Below are positions 13,975 to 27,500 of a stretch of 64,000 nucleotides of DNA, in pieces. The notes under the pieces are model-generated. The model saw only the letters and a program-made list of their open reading frames with translations, made no database searches and was not told the DNA's origin. Position 1 is the first letter of the stretch, and each line of letters begins with the position of its first letter. Origin of the DNA: Phoronis australis. Taxonomy: Eukaryota; Animalia; Phoronida. The stretch lies in NCBI GenBank assembly GCA_002633005.1, contig NMRA01000234.1, positions 369,535 to 433,534 on the forward strand, in the 5' to 3' direction. Made by a program: the position numbers and the translations under genes.

Positions 13975-15677
13975 AGGAGCATGCCACCCAAAAAACAACC
14001 TAATTTGTATCAATTTAGATCGAGTAGTTCTACTCCATAACGACACGTACGGTTGCGTTAAATGACACCTGACCGCAGACGAAAGTGTTGAAATTATCCA
14101 ATGACGTCATCGGTTTCACACGCAGTCTGTTCAGCAGTCCACAACACGGGTTACTGGTGTCAGCTTATTGCTTGAAGTCATCGTTTAACACCAACAAATC
14201 ATCAAACTTCGATGTAAAACCCTTAAAAACACACCGAATTCTTATAAAAACGAGTTGTATTATTTCGCTCTTACGGATTTATTGGTATTTGGACACACCG
14301 TAGCCTACAAAGTTCGGCAGGCCAAAAAGGTCCGTAGCAGGAGTTTGGGGTCGGACTAGATAATTTCGAAGTATTTTCCGTGAGATACAGACAGGAGAAC
14401 CTAGATCTGTGTTGTTTAGACTAGTGATTTTTTGAGTTCTAAACACAAAATGCTTGTTAGCCTGGCCAGTAGCTCAGAGCACGATCAGGCTGGTCGCGGC
14501 CGGTCGCTGGGATTGACCCGTTATCCCTGCCAGTGGCTCGGAAACTGATCAGACATCACGAACATAAACCAGCCAAAGTTCAGTGGAAACTAAACTTTCA
14601 GTCAAGAAAATACTATACTAGTGAGCCAAAGTAATGTGCATCTCATATATGTTGGTGAATTAGCCACGAAACTGCAAATCTACTTATTCGTCGGGTGCCG
14701 CAAATTCACCGGGTTTCGCTTTGGCCACAGCACCGTCAGGGCAGAAGTTGTACATTGACAATCATTATTTGAGTAATGTAAATGTAAATAAAGATTCCCC
14801 TAACACCTGGCCGTGGGATGGAAATTGAGTTGTTTCACAACAGTTTCTGCCAGCAAACACTAAATTAGCATGAGCTCACACGGCCTAGGTGTCCCGTCAA
14901 TTAGTTTTATTGCACCCGGCCTAAAGCCGGTAACGCAGTGATTTATTCATTGCTGGCTTCTCAAATCACTTGCACTCACGAACACTCCAAAGGCATTACA
15001 AATTGCATCTAATGATACAGAATTTGTTTCAGATTTATATAAGTATTGATTAGGGTGAGGATAATTCATTTTGAAACAGAACGCTCAGTAATAAACGCCA
15101 ACATGGCAACTCGCAATCCCGACTTAGGACGAGCTACAGCTCATCAGTCCCGACTTCGCAGATGGATCGTTAAGTTTTACAGGCTATCAATTCAAACAGG
15201 AATACAGTGATGAAGAAATACTAGAGAGGCGCCGTGAACAAGCTCAGACAACGGAATGTATGCTCGAGTTATTTGGTAAGCCGGCATTCGTCAGGCACGC
15301 GGGTCGACTCGTCTGCAGGCCACAGACACGGAGATGTTTCACGGCCTCATACTTGTTATTTACAGCGTACATTTCATTCTTCACTACCATGAGCCACTTC
15401 CTAAGCATTTCGGACTCTCGAGGAAGTAAAAAAAAAAACATTATACCCGCTTTCCTCGCAGCTGCTTAGTTCGGACAAGCGGGAACGATGCACCGCAACA
15501 TAGCGGCGGCATTCACTCTGCATATGAACCACTGATGTTGCTAGCGTCGTTTCTCACCTTCCTCACAGGTTAACGCGACACCTCTTGGCAAGGTAAGGTC
15601 GACCGTATGCGAGGCGATGTGGATATAGACCGATTAAGATGGCTAAAAAGACTAATTAAATCGGGTGGCATTCTCCT
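13975..15677. mobile_element. Non-autonomous Kolobok-like DNA transposon
   Basis: TTAA on both sides (13971-13974, 15678-15681). TIRs aggagcatgccaccc / gggtggcattctcct. Internal THAP relic. Confidence 0.75.
15310..15501 (-). pseudogene. THAP zinc-finger relic inside the Kolobok-like element
   Basis: MLRCIVPACPN*AAARKAGIMFFFLLPRESEMLRKWL...HLRVCGL matches the THAP pattern C-x4-C...FxxP...W...RVC. One in-frame stop. Confidence 0.7.
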
Positions 15678-16421
15678 TTAATGTACTCAAGGATGGGTGT
15701 AGTTTTTAACGACACTAATTTTGTGTCAGATCTTAGCTGGTCACTTTTTACCCTCATCAGCGCAAAGCTGTATATTTAAGTAAACAGCTTTGTACCAAGG
15801 CTAGTGCCATGTCATGTGCTGCTCTCAGACTTCTGCTTAATTGTCCTTGCCAAACTCGCATAATGCCAATTGAACTGAATTGGAATTTTTCACCAAGGTT
15901 ATCTTGATTCCCGTAGACATGCTTCATTGAAGATATGTATAGTCAGAGACATTGGATCGCAAGAGTTGTAAGTATGCGCGCACCAAGCCTTCAATATGGG
16001 GGGGCTCGAATTCCTAACGTTGTAGACCTTTTGGTAACAAAATAGCTGGCGGACTAAAAAAACGAAAGAAACGGACGCATCACTGTGAATTGCGCGTTTG
16101 TGCTTGTTTAGCGGACTTTTGTCTCATTTTATCGGACTCATTTGAGCCCCCCGAGTCCCCCCTGGGTGCGTGCATGGTAAGCACACATTAATGACAATTT
16201 TAAGAGTAAAATGTATTTTTGACGATGTGAAAACCTCTTATATGGAGACCAGATTTGGCCTACCGCCCATTTACAATAAGCAGGATGAAATAAAAACAGA
16301 CACCGAGGGAAGTGTTGTAGCCACCACTAGCCAGTGCAGCCAAGGCCTGGGGTTACGTGTAGTATTTGATTTACGCGGTGTTCATGTATCGTCGGCATAC
16401 CTATCGTCATCAATGGTTGAT

Positions 16422-16565
16422 GCACAGGCGTCCTCAGCTTCTAATCGTCCCCAATGCACTATGTATACATATACATATATATATACTACCAGGATCTCTT
16501 CCTGATACTACTGGTATATAGCTAGTGAGTAGTGGACGATCAGAAGCTGCAGAGGACGCCTGTGC
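16422..16565. repeat. Palindromic mini-element (fold-back) upstream of SDR39U1
   Basis: gcacaggcgtcctc..agcttctaatcgtcc versus ggacgatcagaagct..gaggacgcctgtgc, around an AT-rich core. Confidence 0.6.
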
Positions 16566-16883
16566 CTGTGGAGTGTGGGTGGCTGTGCCAGCCCGAGATA
16601 AGATGGTTAAAACCATCTTTAGATTGAGAGGCGTAGACTCTGTCACAATGTCATAGTTGTCATACTAACTCCTCCCAATATGAAAACGAAGGAGTGGTGA
16701 TACAATAGTAAATAAGATGCTGTATTGTATAAAATACATACCGGGTACCAAAGATTCGAATTCGGATCAGCTGTTTTATCGTTTCACGTGGGATGCGGAA
16801 GTGGAACTCTTTGAGATTTGAGGTACACTTAGATAAGAAATGGTACATAGTTTCGTAACCGGCTGCTGGACGCTGTCAGAAGG

Positions 16884-19800
16884 ATGAGGGTTGTTATTGG
16901 TATGCTCAAAACAAATTATGTGTCTACTTACATAACGTTATAATTTGTTATTATTGTGATGCAGTTGTTTTAGGCATAATCTTAGCCCGTCAGCTAACTA
17001 TGTGATCATGAACACTTGAACTGCAAATCTATGAAAACCATTTTGGAAGTGGAGAAAAACAAAACATTTTATTTATCTGGCTACGGCCTTGATTTTACTA
17101 AAAAGTCGTCATTTCCCTTGAAGGTGGAGTATCTGGGTTCATTGGCCGTCATCTGAAGGCGTCGCTGACAGAAAGAGGCCATGAAGTGATTGCTTTGTCT
17201 CGCAAACCTCGTGGGAAGAAAAGCATTACTTGGGTAACAAGATCTTGTGTGGTGACACTCTGAGGCACCCTTCAATTCTTTTTGAAAAATACAGAAGCAA
17301 TAATCTTTTATATTAAACTTCTGTCTTCATTAAGCTTAGTTTCCAATATTGTCACATTAGGTTGAGTCAGGTGTGGTGTTTGTTATTATGTAGGAGGCAG
17401 TGTGGCCTGGTTGATAAGTGCACGCTTTCTTTACTCGAAGTTGTGGGTTCGAGTCCCACCAGGTCACACTGCTAAACCCTTGAGCCCGGTTTCTAGCTCC
17501 TCAGCTTGGTTTTATCCATACATTAATAAAGCATAAAAATGGTTCGAGGTGATCAGTGCCGCAATGGGCCCACATGCACGGCTTGCACACGTCTGGTACA
17601 ACGTGTATCAGACCGCCTGAAGTTGTTTTTTTTAATAATGTAAATGTCTACAATATTTGGAATTTGCAGACTTCTGAACCCAATTATTGGCGCATCCCCT
17701 GACCCCCTTTTGAATGTCAGAGTAAGCTTACATTTGAATGAATCATTTCTTATGTACTTCGTGGAACGGACAAATTGAAGGTTTATCTTATTGTCTTACA
17801 TTTAAGATCTGTCTTAGCTAAGTCTGTTTTCTTGGAATGGGTCCCTTGATCTCATTTCTGGACTCACTGGCTTTTTAAGCCTGGGATGTTATTTATTTTT
17901 GTTCTGTGATAGGATACTGGGCGTATGATAAGAAATAGTAAGGCATGTTTACAGCCTTTTTTATTTTCTCAAAAATGACAAGCGTGAAGTCATGTCTCAT
18001 CCTTCTTGTGTATATGGAATTGTTAATTTGTTGTACTAGTTACTGCCTATGGAGATCTTTTATGCAATTCGTTGTTAAGTTGTGATACCAGTTGCTACCT
18101 CTTAAAGTATTTCTTGAGAAAATGGAATTCATTTTTAAGCTGTGATAACATTTACTCCCTCTGAGGGTCTTTCTTTCATACACATGCTTTTACTAAGTTT
18201 CTTTTAACTTCTAGGATCAGCTGTATCAGAGTGGGCTACCAAATGATGTCCAAGCAGTTGTGAATTTGTCTGGTGCTAATATACTGGATCCCACCAAAAG
18301 GTTATTTTCCTGTTTCATTTGCAGATGCCAGTACCTACAAACTGTTGCTAAACGTCTAGAGTCTCTATGGATCATTGTAAATATATCGATTTTCTTCATA
18401 GGCATATTTGTTCTTCCAAAGCAACATCATTGCAATCTGATTCGTTTGGTTGAATTGAAAATTGTTACAATAAATTGTCTGGAAGTTCCCTGACGGCCTC
18501 ATGCTGCCTTGGTGACTGAAAGTAACCCGCGGTGACAAGCAACGTAAAAGGTCTAGCCAGAAGCAAAAATTGCTTGCTGTCGTTAAACATAGAAAACACT
18601 TCTTAATCAAGTATGCAACGAGATGAGACTGATTTTATTACAGTATGCAGCCAGAATCTATAGAACAAAGGCAGGAAAGGAGAGGTTTTAGAGTCGCACA
18701 TTACCTCAGCTGCTAGTACTCAAAATAATCTTGGTTAACTTGTTTTGCCGTCAAAATGTTGCACCAATACGGGGGTGTAGTTGGATGTTGTTGTCTGACA
18801 TGTGTGCTGCGACCCCTATCAGTGAAGGGTGCAGCAGTCTGCTATGGTAACCTACATTCTGTGTATAATGATGAATAGATTATGTGGAGTTAGTAACCAC
18901 TTGGCCTTGTAGATTCATCAGTCTAGTCAGAAATGCTGTTGATGTCGGCATTTATTTGATTTGTAATAATGTTCTAATATTGCGCGTTTAGTGACATTGA
19001 GATGGAATAGATTCATCAAAAAACACAATGATGTCATTCACTGCGACCAACAGGGGGCTCTTTGTTGTAATGCAAAACCATTGCTTTTGCAGGTGGACAC
19101 CAGAATATAAGAGGGAAGTCTTTGACAGCCGAATAGAGACAACCTCCGCCCTTGCCAGGATCATAAACAAGTCTAATAATCCACCAAAAGTTTTTGTTTC
19201 TACTTCTGCCATAGGTTAGTCATTCTTTAGTTTGTTTGCTTTTGGTTTATTTTGATTTATTTGCATGTCTTGTTTGTAGGATATCTTAATGCTGAATGAT
19301 TTGTAACAGGATGTGCTCACTGTGCAAACTTGTTTTTTTCTGAGTGTATATATTCCAGTACGTACTTCTTGTTTTACTGGTTTTCTTCTGACTCCGAATT
19401 TTATGACATCCCCTGTTGATCATTTTAGTTTTCAACAAGAAATACTTTTCTGTAAATTGTTGGTGAAAGGGCTTGACGGATTTTTATGAAACTTGACACT
19501 GGTGCAGAAATGCAGTTGTGCCAGTTGTTTTTTTGGACAGATCTGAGTATTGCAGCAATGCCTGTTGACAGTTGTATTTTTAGGCAGGATTTTCCTTATC
19601 CGTTGATTATGGTCAAGACACCTTACCAGATTTTGACCAAACTTGACTGGAAGCATATGCTGAGGATGCGCCGACACCTTTCGATTTCCAGACAGATTTG
19701 TCTACCGGAGCACCCCTTATTGTCTATGTTATTTTTGGCATGAGTTTCCTTGTCAGTTCGTTATTGCAAAACAACTTTACAGAATTTTATGATGCTTGTG

Positions 19801-21512
19801 TGTGCATTTCAATGCTGTACATTGCTCTTGTTTGACATGTATCATAAGACTGCTTGAAATCTTCTCACACTTGACCCTTGCATCAAGGTTACCATGTTTT
19901 AGTATACAAAACCCTTGTGTTTCAGGTTACTATCCTCCTAGCAGTACTGCTGAATACACTGAGGACAGTCCACCTGGAAATGACATGCCTGGTCAGTTAT
20001 GTAAACAGTGGGAGGTGGCAGCTCAATTGAAGGACTCTTGCACCACCAGGCTGGTAATAGTCAGAACAGGTAGGCTAAAGGGCAGCAGATTGAACCAACC
20101 CAAGGCCTACTTACAACTTTGTAATGGCTGATGATTGTCACATGTCCTGGACAATCACATGTTGCAGTGTACATTCTCAGCATGTATCGTTAGGTCTAGT
20201 CCTGCAACTCTGTTTTGTATTTATATCCCCCTCCCCCCGTACCTCCCGATTATTATTTTCATGTCTGTGATGAATCTCTTTAGTGTGCATCATTCCAATA
20301 TCATTTGACCGTAATCCTTTTTTGCATCCACATCCCTGTGCATCTGTCCATCAACACCTTGAAGGATGTTTGTAAAAGTTTGCAAACATAATTTTCCTAT
20401 TGTGTATGGAACAGTATCAGGGAATTTTCGGGCAGGCCCAACTACTGGTGTGCTCCCTAGTGGCAATTTTTTTACATTTCTGTCTGTATCTTCGGAATTC
20501 TGTGACGGATTTTCATGAAATTTAGCAGTAATTATCTGTTAAAAAGAAGATCATGTCTTCTCGTTTCTGGATGGATTCGACATATTTTGTGTCAGTGTCT
20601 TTTCCATTTCTTAGCACCCATCTCTCTGTCATTCAAACCACTCTGAGGATGATTATGAAAGTTTGTGGACATTATTCTTACTGGGTTTAGGCAACTGTTG
20701 ATGATTTTTGAAGGGGTCCAACTACTAGCATTGCTCCATTTACTGCTAATGTTCAAAATGATCATCTCTCTTTTATATGAGCTGTACAAGGTGGATGCAT
20801 ATCAACGCTCCACATTGTTGTTTTTGTTACTGACATAATAAATGACCCATTTTCATGAACCGCTGGTCTTCATTCCATCCCTCAAATCAGATCTTGAAAT
20901 TTATTATATTTTAATTTTCAGAACACACTACTATGTCATATATAGGCATTTCTTTGGTTGTGACATGTATTGCAGAAAGCAAGCAACGGTTGTATTTGTT
21001 CCAAAGATGTAACTAGATGTTAATTATAACTTTTTAGAAGTATCTAGAATAAAGAAACAATAATTTATCAATGATTTCCTTCCATAGGTTTGGTGTTGGG
21101 AAGAGATGGAGGTCTCATTAAGAACCTATTCCTACCATTTTTTCTTGGAGTTGGTGGGCGCATGGGAAGTGGCCAACAGTGGTTTCCATGGATACACATC
21201 AGAGACATTGCTGGAATTTATGTGCACGCTATTGAAAATGACCATGTGAGTGGTGTCCTGAATGGAGTGTCGCCAGAAAGCGTCACCAACGCACAGTTCT
21301 CGTCCACTTTTGCTTATGCTATGTGGAGGCCAGCTCTCTTTCCTGTCCCAGGCTTTGCATTGCGAGCCGTGTTTGGAGAGGAGAGGGCCAACATGGTGAT
21401 TGAAGGCCAGCGTGTGGTTCCTAGGCGAACCCTGGAGTCAGGCTACAAATTTGTGTACTCAGATCTGAAGTCAGCATGTGCAGACTGCAGTAGGTTGATC
21501 TATGCTGTGTAG
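16884..21512 (+). CDS. SDR39U1: Epimerase family protein SDR39U1 (TIGR01777/YfcH-like), 6 coding exons, ~300 aa
   Basis: Exons 16884-16899, 17124-17233, 18215-18300, 19093-19214, 19926-20069, 21088-21512, all GT-AG and phase-consistent (903 nt). Protein: MRVVIGGVSGFIG...VVNLSGANI...SRIETT...STSAIGYYPPS...CKQWE...RTGLVLGRDGG...MGSGQQWFPWIHIRD...GQRVVPRRTLESGYKF. Confidence 0.95.
17393..17620 (+). mobile_element. tRNA-derived SINE-like element in SDR39U1 intron 2
   Basis: A-box-like tggcctggttg and B-box ggttcgagtccc at tRNA spacing, followed by a non-tRNA body. No acceptor stem. Confidence 0.55.
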
Positions 21513-24500
21513 TACTGGGGCGTATCGACCTTCAGCAATTCACCTCAAGCAAGCCTTGTTATGGTTCACTCCATATCAAGTCAACTTCTTTCAGTTCAGC
21601 TTTGTCATTATTGTGTGCTGACATGAAAATGAAACCAATTTTGTTGAAGAGCTCTCGTCACACTACCAGACTCGCTCTTGTTATGTTTACATGTTGTCCA
21701 ACAGCCCGGTGTGTTTTCAGATTATTTTGGCAGTGTTCAGCTGCTTTATTTTCATATAACAACAAGACACCCAGAACCCATTCAAAATGTCTGTAATGAC
21801 TAAGGTTCGCTGAAACCAAATATAAACCTTAGAGAAATTAAACCCATAGTACACCTGTGAAGTTGGCTTTTAATTTGTGCTTTCCACATGTACGGTAAAA
21901 CTCACATAAGTTGGGAGTCGCTCTGTAAGTTTATGAGAGCAAATGTTATTAACCAGAATCATTTATTAACACAATTCTAATGTTAGCTTTCAGCTGTATC
22001 CCTGCAAGTGTATGCTGTAGTGGACTTACTCTTTCTTTTGATTTGGGCATACAGCCAGAAAATTAGGATACCCACCCATTTAAATAAGCGACTTAAAAAG
22101 TGGATTCATTTGTAAGGAGCTTCCATGAAAAAGTGACCCTTCTGTAAGGTTTCGTTCTAGAAACACCCCCATTTAGCAGTGGTCAATTCCACAAGAGTTC
22201 TTAAACAGATGAATTTTAACCTAAAACCCTGTACTGGAACAAGACAAGATGGCTGATTGGAGACCTTGTACTGGGTGCAAGACGAAATGCTGGACTGTAG
22301 TACATTTTGCAATAAAAGTTTAAACATCCGTCTGCTGATTTCAGTATATTGAAATTTAACTCCCATCAAACTGAACCCACAATATAATGAACTGGTTTGT
22401 GCTGATATTGGTCCAACTAGACTTCTCACACACCTTGAATATGCAAGTTTTATGAAAAGGGGGGTGAAATATGTGTGAAAAAGAAATTAGTTGATTATAT
22501 TTATTTCTGTATCATTAGTATACAGCAGCTATGAACCCACCTTTTCAAAAACCAACTGGACTAGTCTTGAAATTGGTCTAAAATTTTTTTTTTTTAATCG
22601 CAATAGGGGGCAATTCCTGGGGTTGGAAATAACTGGCATTATATTATTGCTTTTGGCCAGTCTCAGCAAGTGGAATTGTTGCTGTGTCATTTTGTTCGCC
22701 GAGCATGGTCTGGATAAAAAACAAACTGGCAATTCTTTGGAAGACTACAAATCACTTCCCTTCTAAGAGGTCTTAATGAAAATTAACTTTTTTCAAAAGA
22801 GTACAGGTTGTCGCTTTAAGTAGCATGTTCCTGTACTAACATATATCTGTACTGTGACCAAAAACTGAAATAAATATTAAAACAATGTTAGACTGTTTTT
22901 GTGCGTCTTAAAGCTCAGATTTTGGCCTCCAACACCAGTTACACTTTCGTAAATTCATTGACTAGTATTTAACGTGGCTAAAATTTTGTGAAGTTGCATT
23001 TCAAAATAAAACATTTTGGGAATTGGGTTGGGAAACCAAAACCAAAATAGGAATGGGCATTCCCTCCGCCCATGGGAATTTTGCTGAACTGTCCTACACT
23101 GCAGACAAAATTGCAAGGCAAAACATAACTGGCAAGACTTGAAGCAAACTAAAAGTACTCTATGAGAGCAAACATTTGCTACCTTTTAAATGTTCTCGTT
23201 TTTAAGTGAACTTAAAACAAAAGTGTAATCACTCCCCCATGATGTTATTGTAGATGATAAGAGAATTGTAGTCCATTGCATTTCATTACTAAGGATCACA
23301 ACTCTTGGGACCTACATCAAATACAATCAATCCTTACTTGTTACATTTCCAAACTCATTTAAGTTTCCAGAAATCAAACATTAATGTAATGTTGGTTCGA
23401 GGATAGAAAAATACTTGCTATTAAGAAAAATGTTCAACCTTACGAAGGCAATCCTCCAAGATGTTAGCAGTTACCACCTGTTTATACTACGTTGCCTGAC
23501 TTCCATTTCAGTTGAAGCATCATCCCAGAGTACAGAAAATGAAACAAAACTATGAGGAAATTATATTTATATTCATAATACGATATCTTCAATAGCCATC
23601 AGTGCCTAGTCATGATATTGAGCTAGTCCATTAAAGTAAATACACTGCCTTTCTTTACAAAACATTCACCACGACCCGAGTATGGCAAACAAAACCACTG
23701 ACCATGAACTTGGTTAAAGCGTACACACGTGTACCATCTTTCACCAAGATAAACTTTACCACACTCGCCACCAGTTACAATTATGCCCAATGTTCATTTG
23801 GAGTACTGTAACAACAAGCAATGTTCACACTCGACTGTTCAGCACACACCGTCAGTGAAACACCGACCCAGAAATATCTGAAGTAAGAACAACAAAGTCT
23901 TAGAAATGTTGATAAGCTAACATGCCATCATGATTTTCCACTAGCATTACTCACAAAAATCAACAGAACATATAGTGCAAACTATTGCAACCTTCCATTG
24001 CAGCCTCAACAACCATGAACTGTGTTTAACTGATCCTTACGCCATACTTGTACTGTAAGAATCCAATACTGAACATACGCCTCAATTCTTAGTGCTTATT
24101 TCAAAAGCCAAGGTCCAGGTACAATGCGAGCAAGCTGAAAATGACTTATTTTATTATTACAATCAATGTACTTTTCAAATGTTAACACATTTCATTAAAT
24201 ATGGGTAAAATACGGTTTATTACATAAAAAAGTACTATTGCAACAAATAACAATTAGACATATTTGGCACCAGTCACAACAGCTCCACCTACTGGCTATT
24301 CATCATTACTTCGCCAATCTTTAACGTGTTAAGCTCTACATGTGTTAGTGTTCAAATACACCAATAGCTGGTATTTCCTTTCTAATTGCATGCAGGACAT
24401 GTCTTGTGATGTGTGTGAAGAGAAGTGCAGAATCATTGCACTGTATGCTTACAACCTGAAGACAACATCTGACACTTCCAACCGCATAGCCAACAATAGA

Positions 24501-24562
24501 ATTATGTAACGGTCACTTCAAAACTATTCAGTGCCCACTCCATGACTCTATTGACCTCTGCG

Positions 24563-27500
24563 TCACACTCCCGGTGGAAAGTTGTTGACCTCGCCAGTTT
24601 CCGTAACTGGCACTCCATTGGCAGAGTATGTTATCCGTAGCCTCATCCGTAATGCTGACTGAAAATACAAACACACTGGGTTTTAATACAGTTAAACAAA
24701 AGTACCAAAACAGTGATTTTACTGAACTAAGAGCTGGAGATGGGTACAAACAACAGCGCTTGAGATTGGAACCAACGGGTTTAATGCTATCGGAATTTTC
24801 CCTAGATAAGTCCATGTATTCGGAAAAAGCAAATTTTCAGGTGTTTCAGTAACACCAAATAAACGACCGGGCATTTAGTTACAAAGGGGGCATGTAAGCA
24901 GAAAGTCATAGCCTCGGCTGGTATGAGAATGTAAGCATTTTTTCCATATAACAGCGTTTTTTAATTTTAAGTTAATAAATACATACTTTGTTCATTTTTA
25001 TAAATGACAAATGTTCCACAAAACTGAATTTGTGGCAAACGGTTGACGCTAAGTGGGGTTTTAAGAGGACATTTTCCGAATAAACGCCCCACTATCTGGA
25101 CACTCAACACCAGAAGTTTAACAACAAATATATGCGCAAGGGCGTTTATTCGGCATAGGCTTTCTTTCTAGCCTAGGCAGAACAACTTAAAGACAAAATG
25201 TCAGCCAGGTGAGTGTACTTACTCCTGTGGGGTTGGTGACCTTGATAAGTTGGGTGATGGAACCGTTTGGCACCAGAACATTACTGGAAGGTGATAACAA
25301 CTGTAGCTGGAATGACTGGAAGATAAAACACGAGAACATGACTATCTGGGCCAATTCACCTATGGGTGCTAACATAGGCGACAACATGACTACACAGGCT
25401 GATACACCAGTCCGTGTTAACATATGTGACAATATACGAGAAGATAGTGTGGCTCAGTGGTTTGACCTCCGGACTCCCGTTTAGGTGACCCAGGTTAAAT
25501 TCCTGGCTTTACTGGCTGACAATTGAGCACTACACAAAGGTGCATCTTACTCCTCCGCACTCGGTCTTAGTAAAAATGCATGCAAGGGAGTGAATGGATA
25601 TAATGCGAAAGCGATTTCTGACAACATGACTACCTGAACTGATACATCTATCTGTTGGTGCGAGCAGTATCCAGAGGGTAGTTTATTCTATATTTTAAAA
25701 GGTGAATAGAATACAAAACCACTTTTGTTTACAATGTGTGCCATCTTTTGTCACCAACAAGAGAACACTCTGCAATCAATGTCAAAGTCTGGTAAAGTGC
25801 GAAAGTAATGCCACTTTGATGCCTGCTAAACTCCTATCACCAAATTAGGCACGACCAATATCCAGGTGACAGGAGACCCTGGCAGTCCCTATCACCACAT
25901 TACAATGCCTCCACAAAGAATGTACACTAACAACAAAGCCAGCTCATACCTTGGGGACAGCAGCTTGAAAGACAAAATCTGCCATTGTTACTGTTGACGA
26001 GTTAGTAGCATTCATGGTGATGGAAGTGGTGCTGGGCTGGTCATTTTGCTTCTCAAACGAGAAATCTATTCTCAGTCCATTTTTATTAAAGGCTTCTACA
26101 TTTGGAAAAGCTGTAAGAGAATTGGAACACTCCAGTGACAGTCTATGTAAAGTGCCAAATTACCAGAGCTGCATTTGAACAGACAAAGTGCAGATGACCT
26201 AAAATGTGTATTACGAGGTTGAACAGCTGTGAACAGCCACTTTACATCTACCAAAAAACAGACATCCTACCACTCAATCTTCTGAACTGAAGCTTTTTAC
26301 ACTTCTTTAAATCAATTGGTTAATTGTAAGCCATGAAAACTATATGGTTCAGCAGAAGTAAATGGCACATTGGAAGACAAGCCTGCGAAGAGTAGTCACA
26401 AGAGCAACTGACTTGTGCTGCCACCTAGATGTACATCCATCAGTAACAGGGATGTACAACAGGCACAAGGTTGTCCATAGAAAGTGCCCTATTCTTCCAA
26501 GAGGTGCAGAGCAGGCCAGGGAGATATCTTATGTAATAATAATATGACTCAAATTAAACTGCCGACTAAGCAGCAGTAGACAAAAAATATCCAAGTTGAT
26601 TTTCCACAAAATCTGTGTTTCTGACACAACGCAAGTAAAATTTAAGCAACTACAAGGTACAATGTACCTGAAAGTACAAGAGAATCTTTGGACACCAAAT
26701 GTTCAATTGTCCTATGGGACAACAGTGTCCATGCCAAAATCTCAGCTGTATTGTCTGCATCAGATGCACCAACATTCTAGAAAGTAGACTACTAAGAGTT
26801 CAATAGCGTTTCGCCCGAGATGACACCTTATGGTGCACCGGAACAGAAAAAAAAAAAACAAATGCCATAAGCACAGTCAATGTTCACACTCAATGATGAA
26901 CATCATACGTTTTCATATACAGCAGTTTTAAATAAAGTTATGTTGGACCCTAGAAACATGTTCACATTTGGCCTACTTCGGAACATCACACTTCAAAAAT
27001 AGCAAATCGGATTCACATGAAACTTTCAGATACTGTGCAGCACTGTTCTCCAAAACACTGTTAGGGCTGTTCCAGCAAAATCTGTATGGGGGGGGGGGCA
27101 GTTGAAGTAAACCTTCTTAAAACAAGTAAATCGTAAAAAGCGGGTAGCATTTTTTTGTCCTTTAGAGTTGACAGATGGTATTTCCAGGAAAACACCGACC
27201 TCACTACCCTCTGAACAAACTTCAACTCACCAAAAATTCACTTGGCAGTTCTTGACCAAAAAAATCAACAAGCAACAAACCATGGCCCATGTTGCTAGTG
27301 TACAGTGTGCAACATGTACACTATGTCATTACTCAAGTCAAAAGCAATTTGATTAATGTAACGCCATATTAGAATGAAAATTTCTGCAAAACTAAATTTG
27401 TGTTAACACATGTAAGAAAATTTAATGATTTTTTAATAATAAGTATGAGGAGTCAGACAGACAATTTTCAATATTCATTTGGCGTAGCAGCCTAAATTTC

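Noticed and set aside
17393-17465. Possible tRNA gene
   Set aside because: Only A/B boxes are present, with no cloverleaf acceptor stem. Treated as a SINE head.
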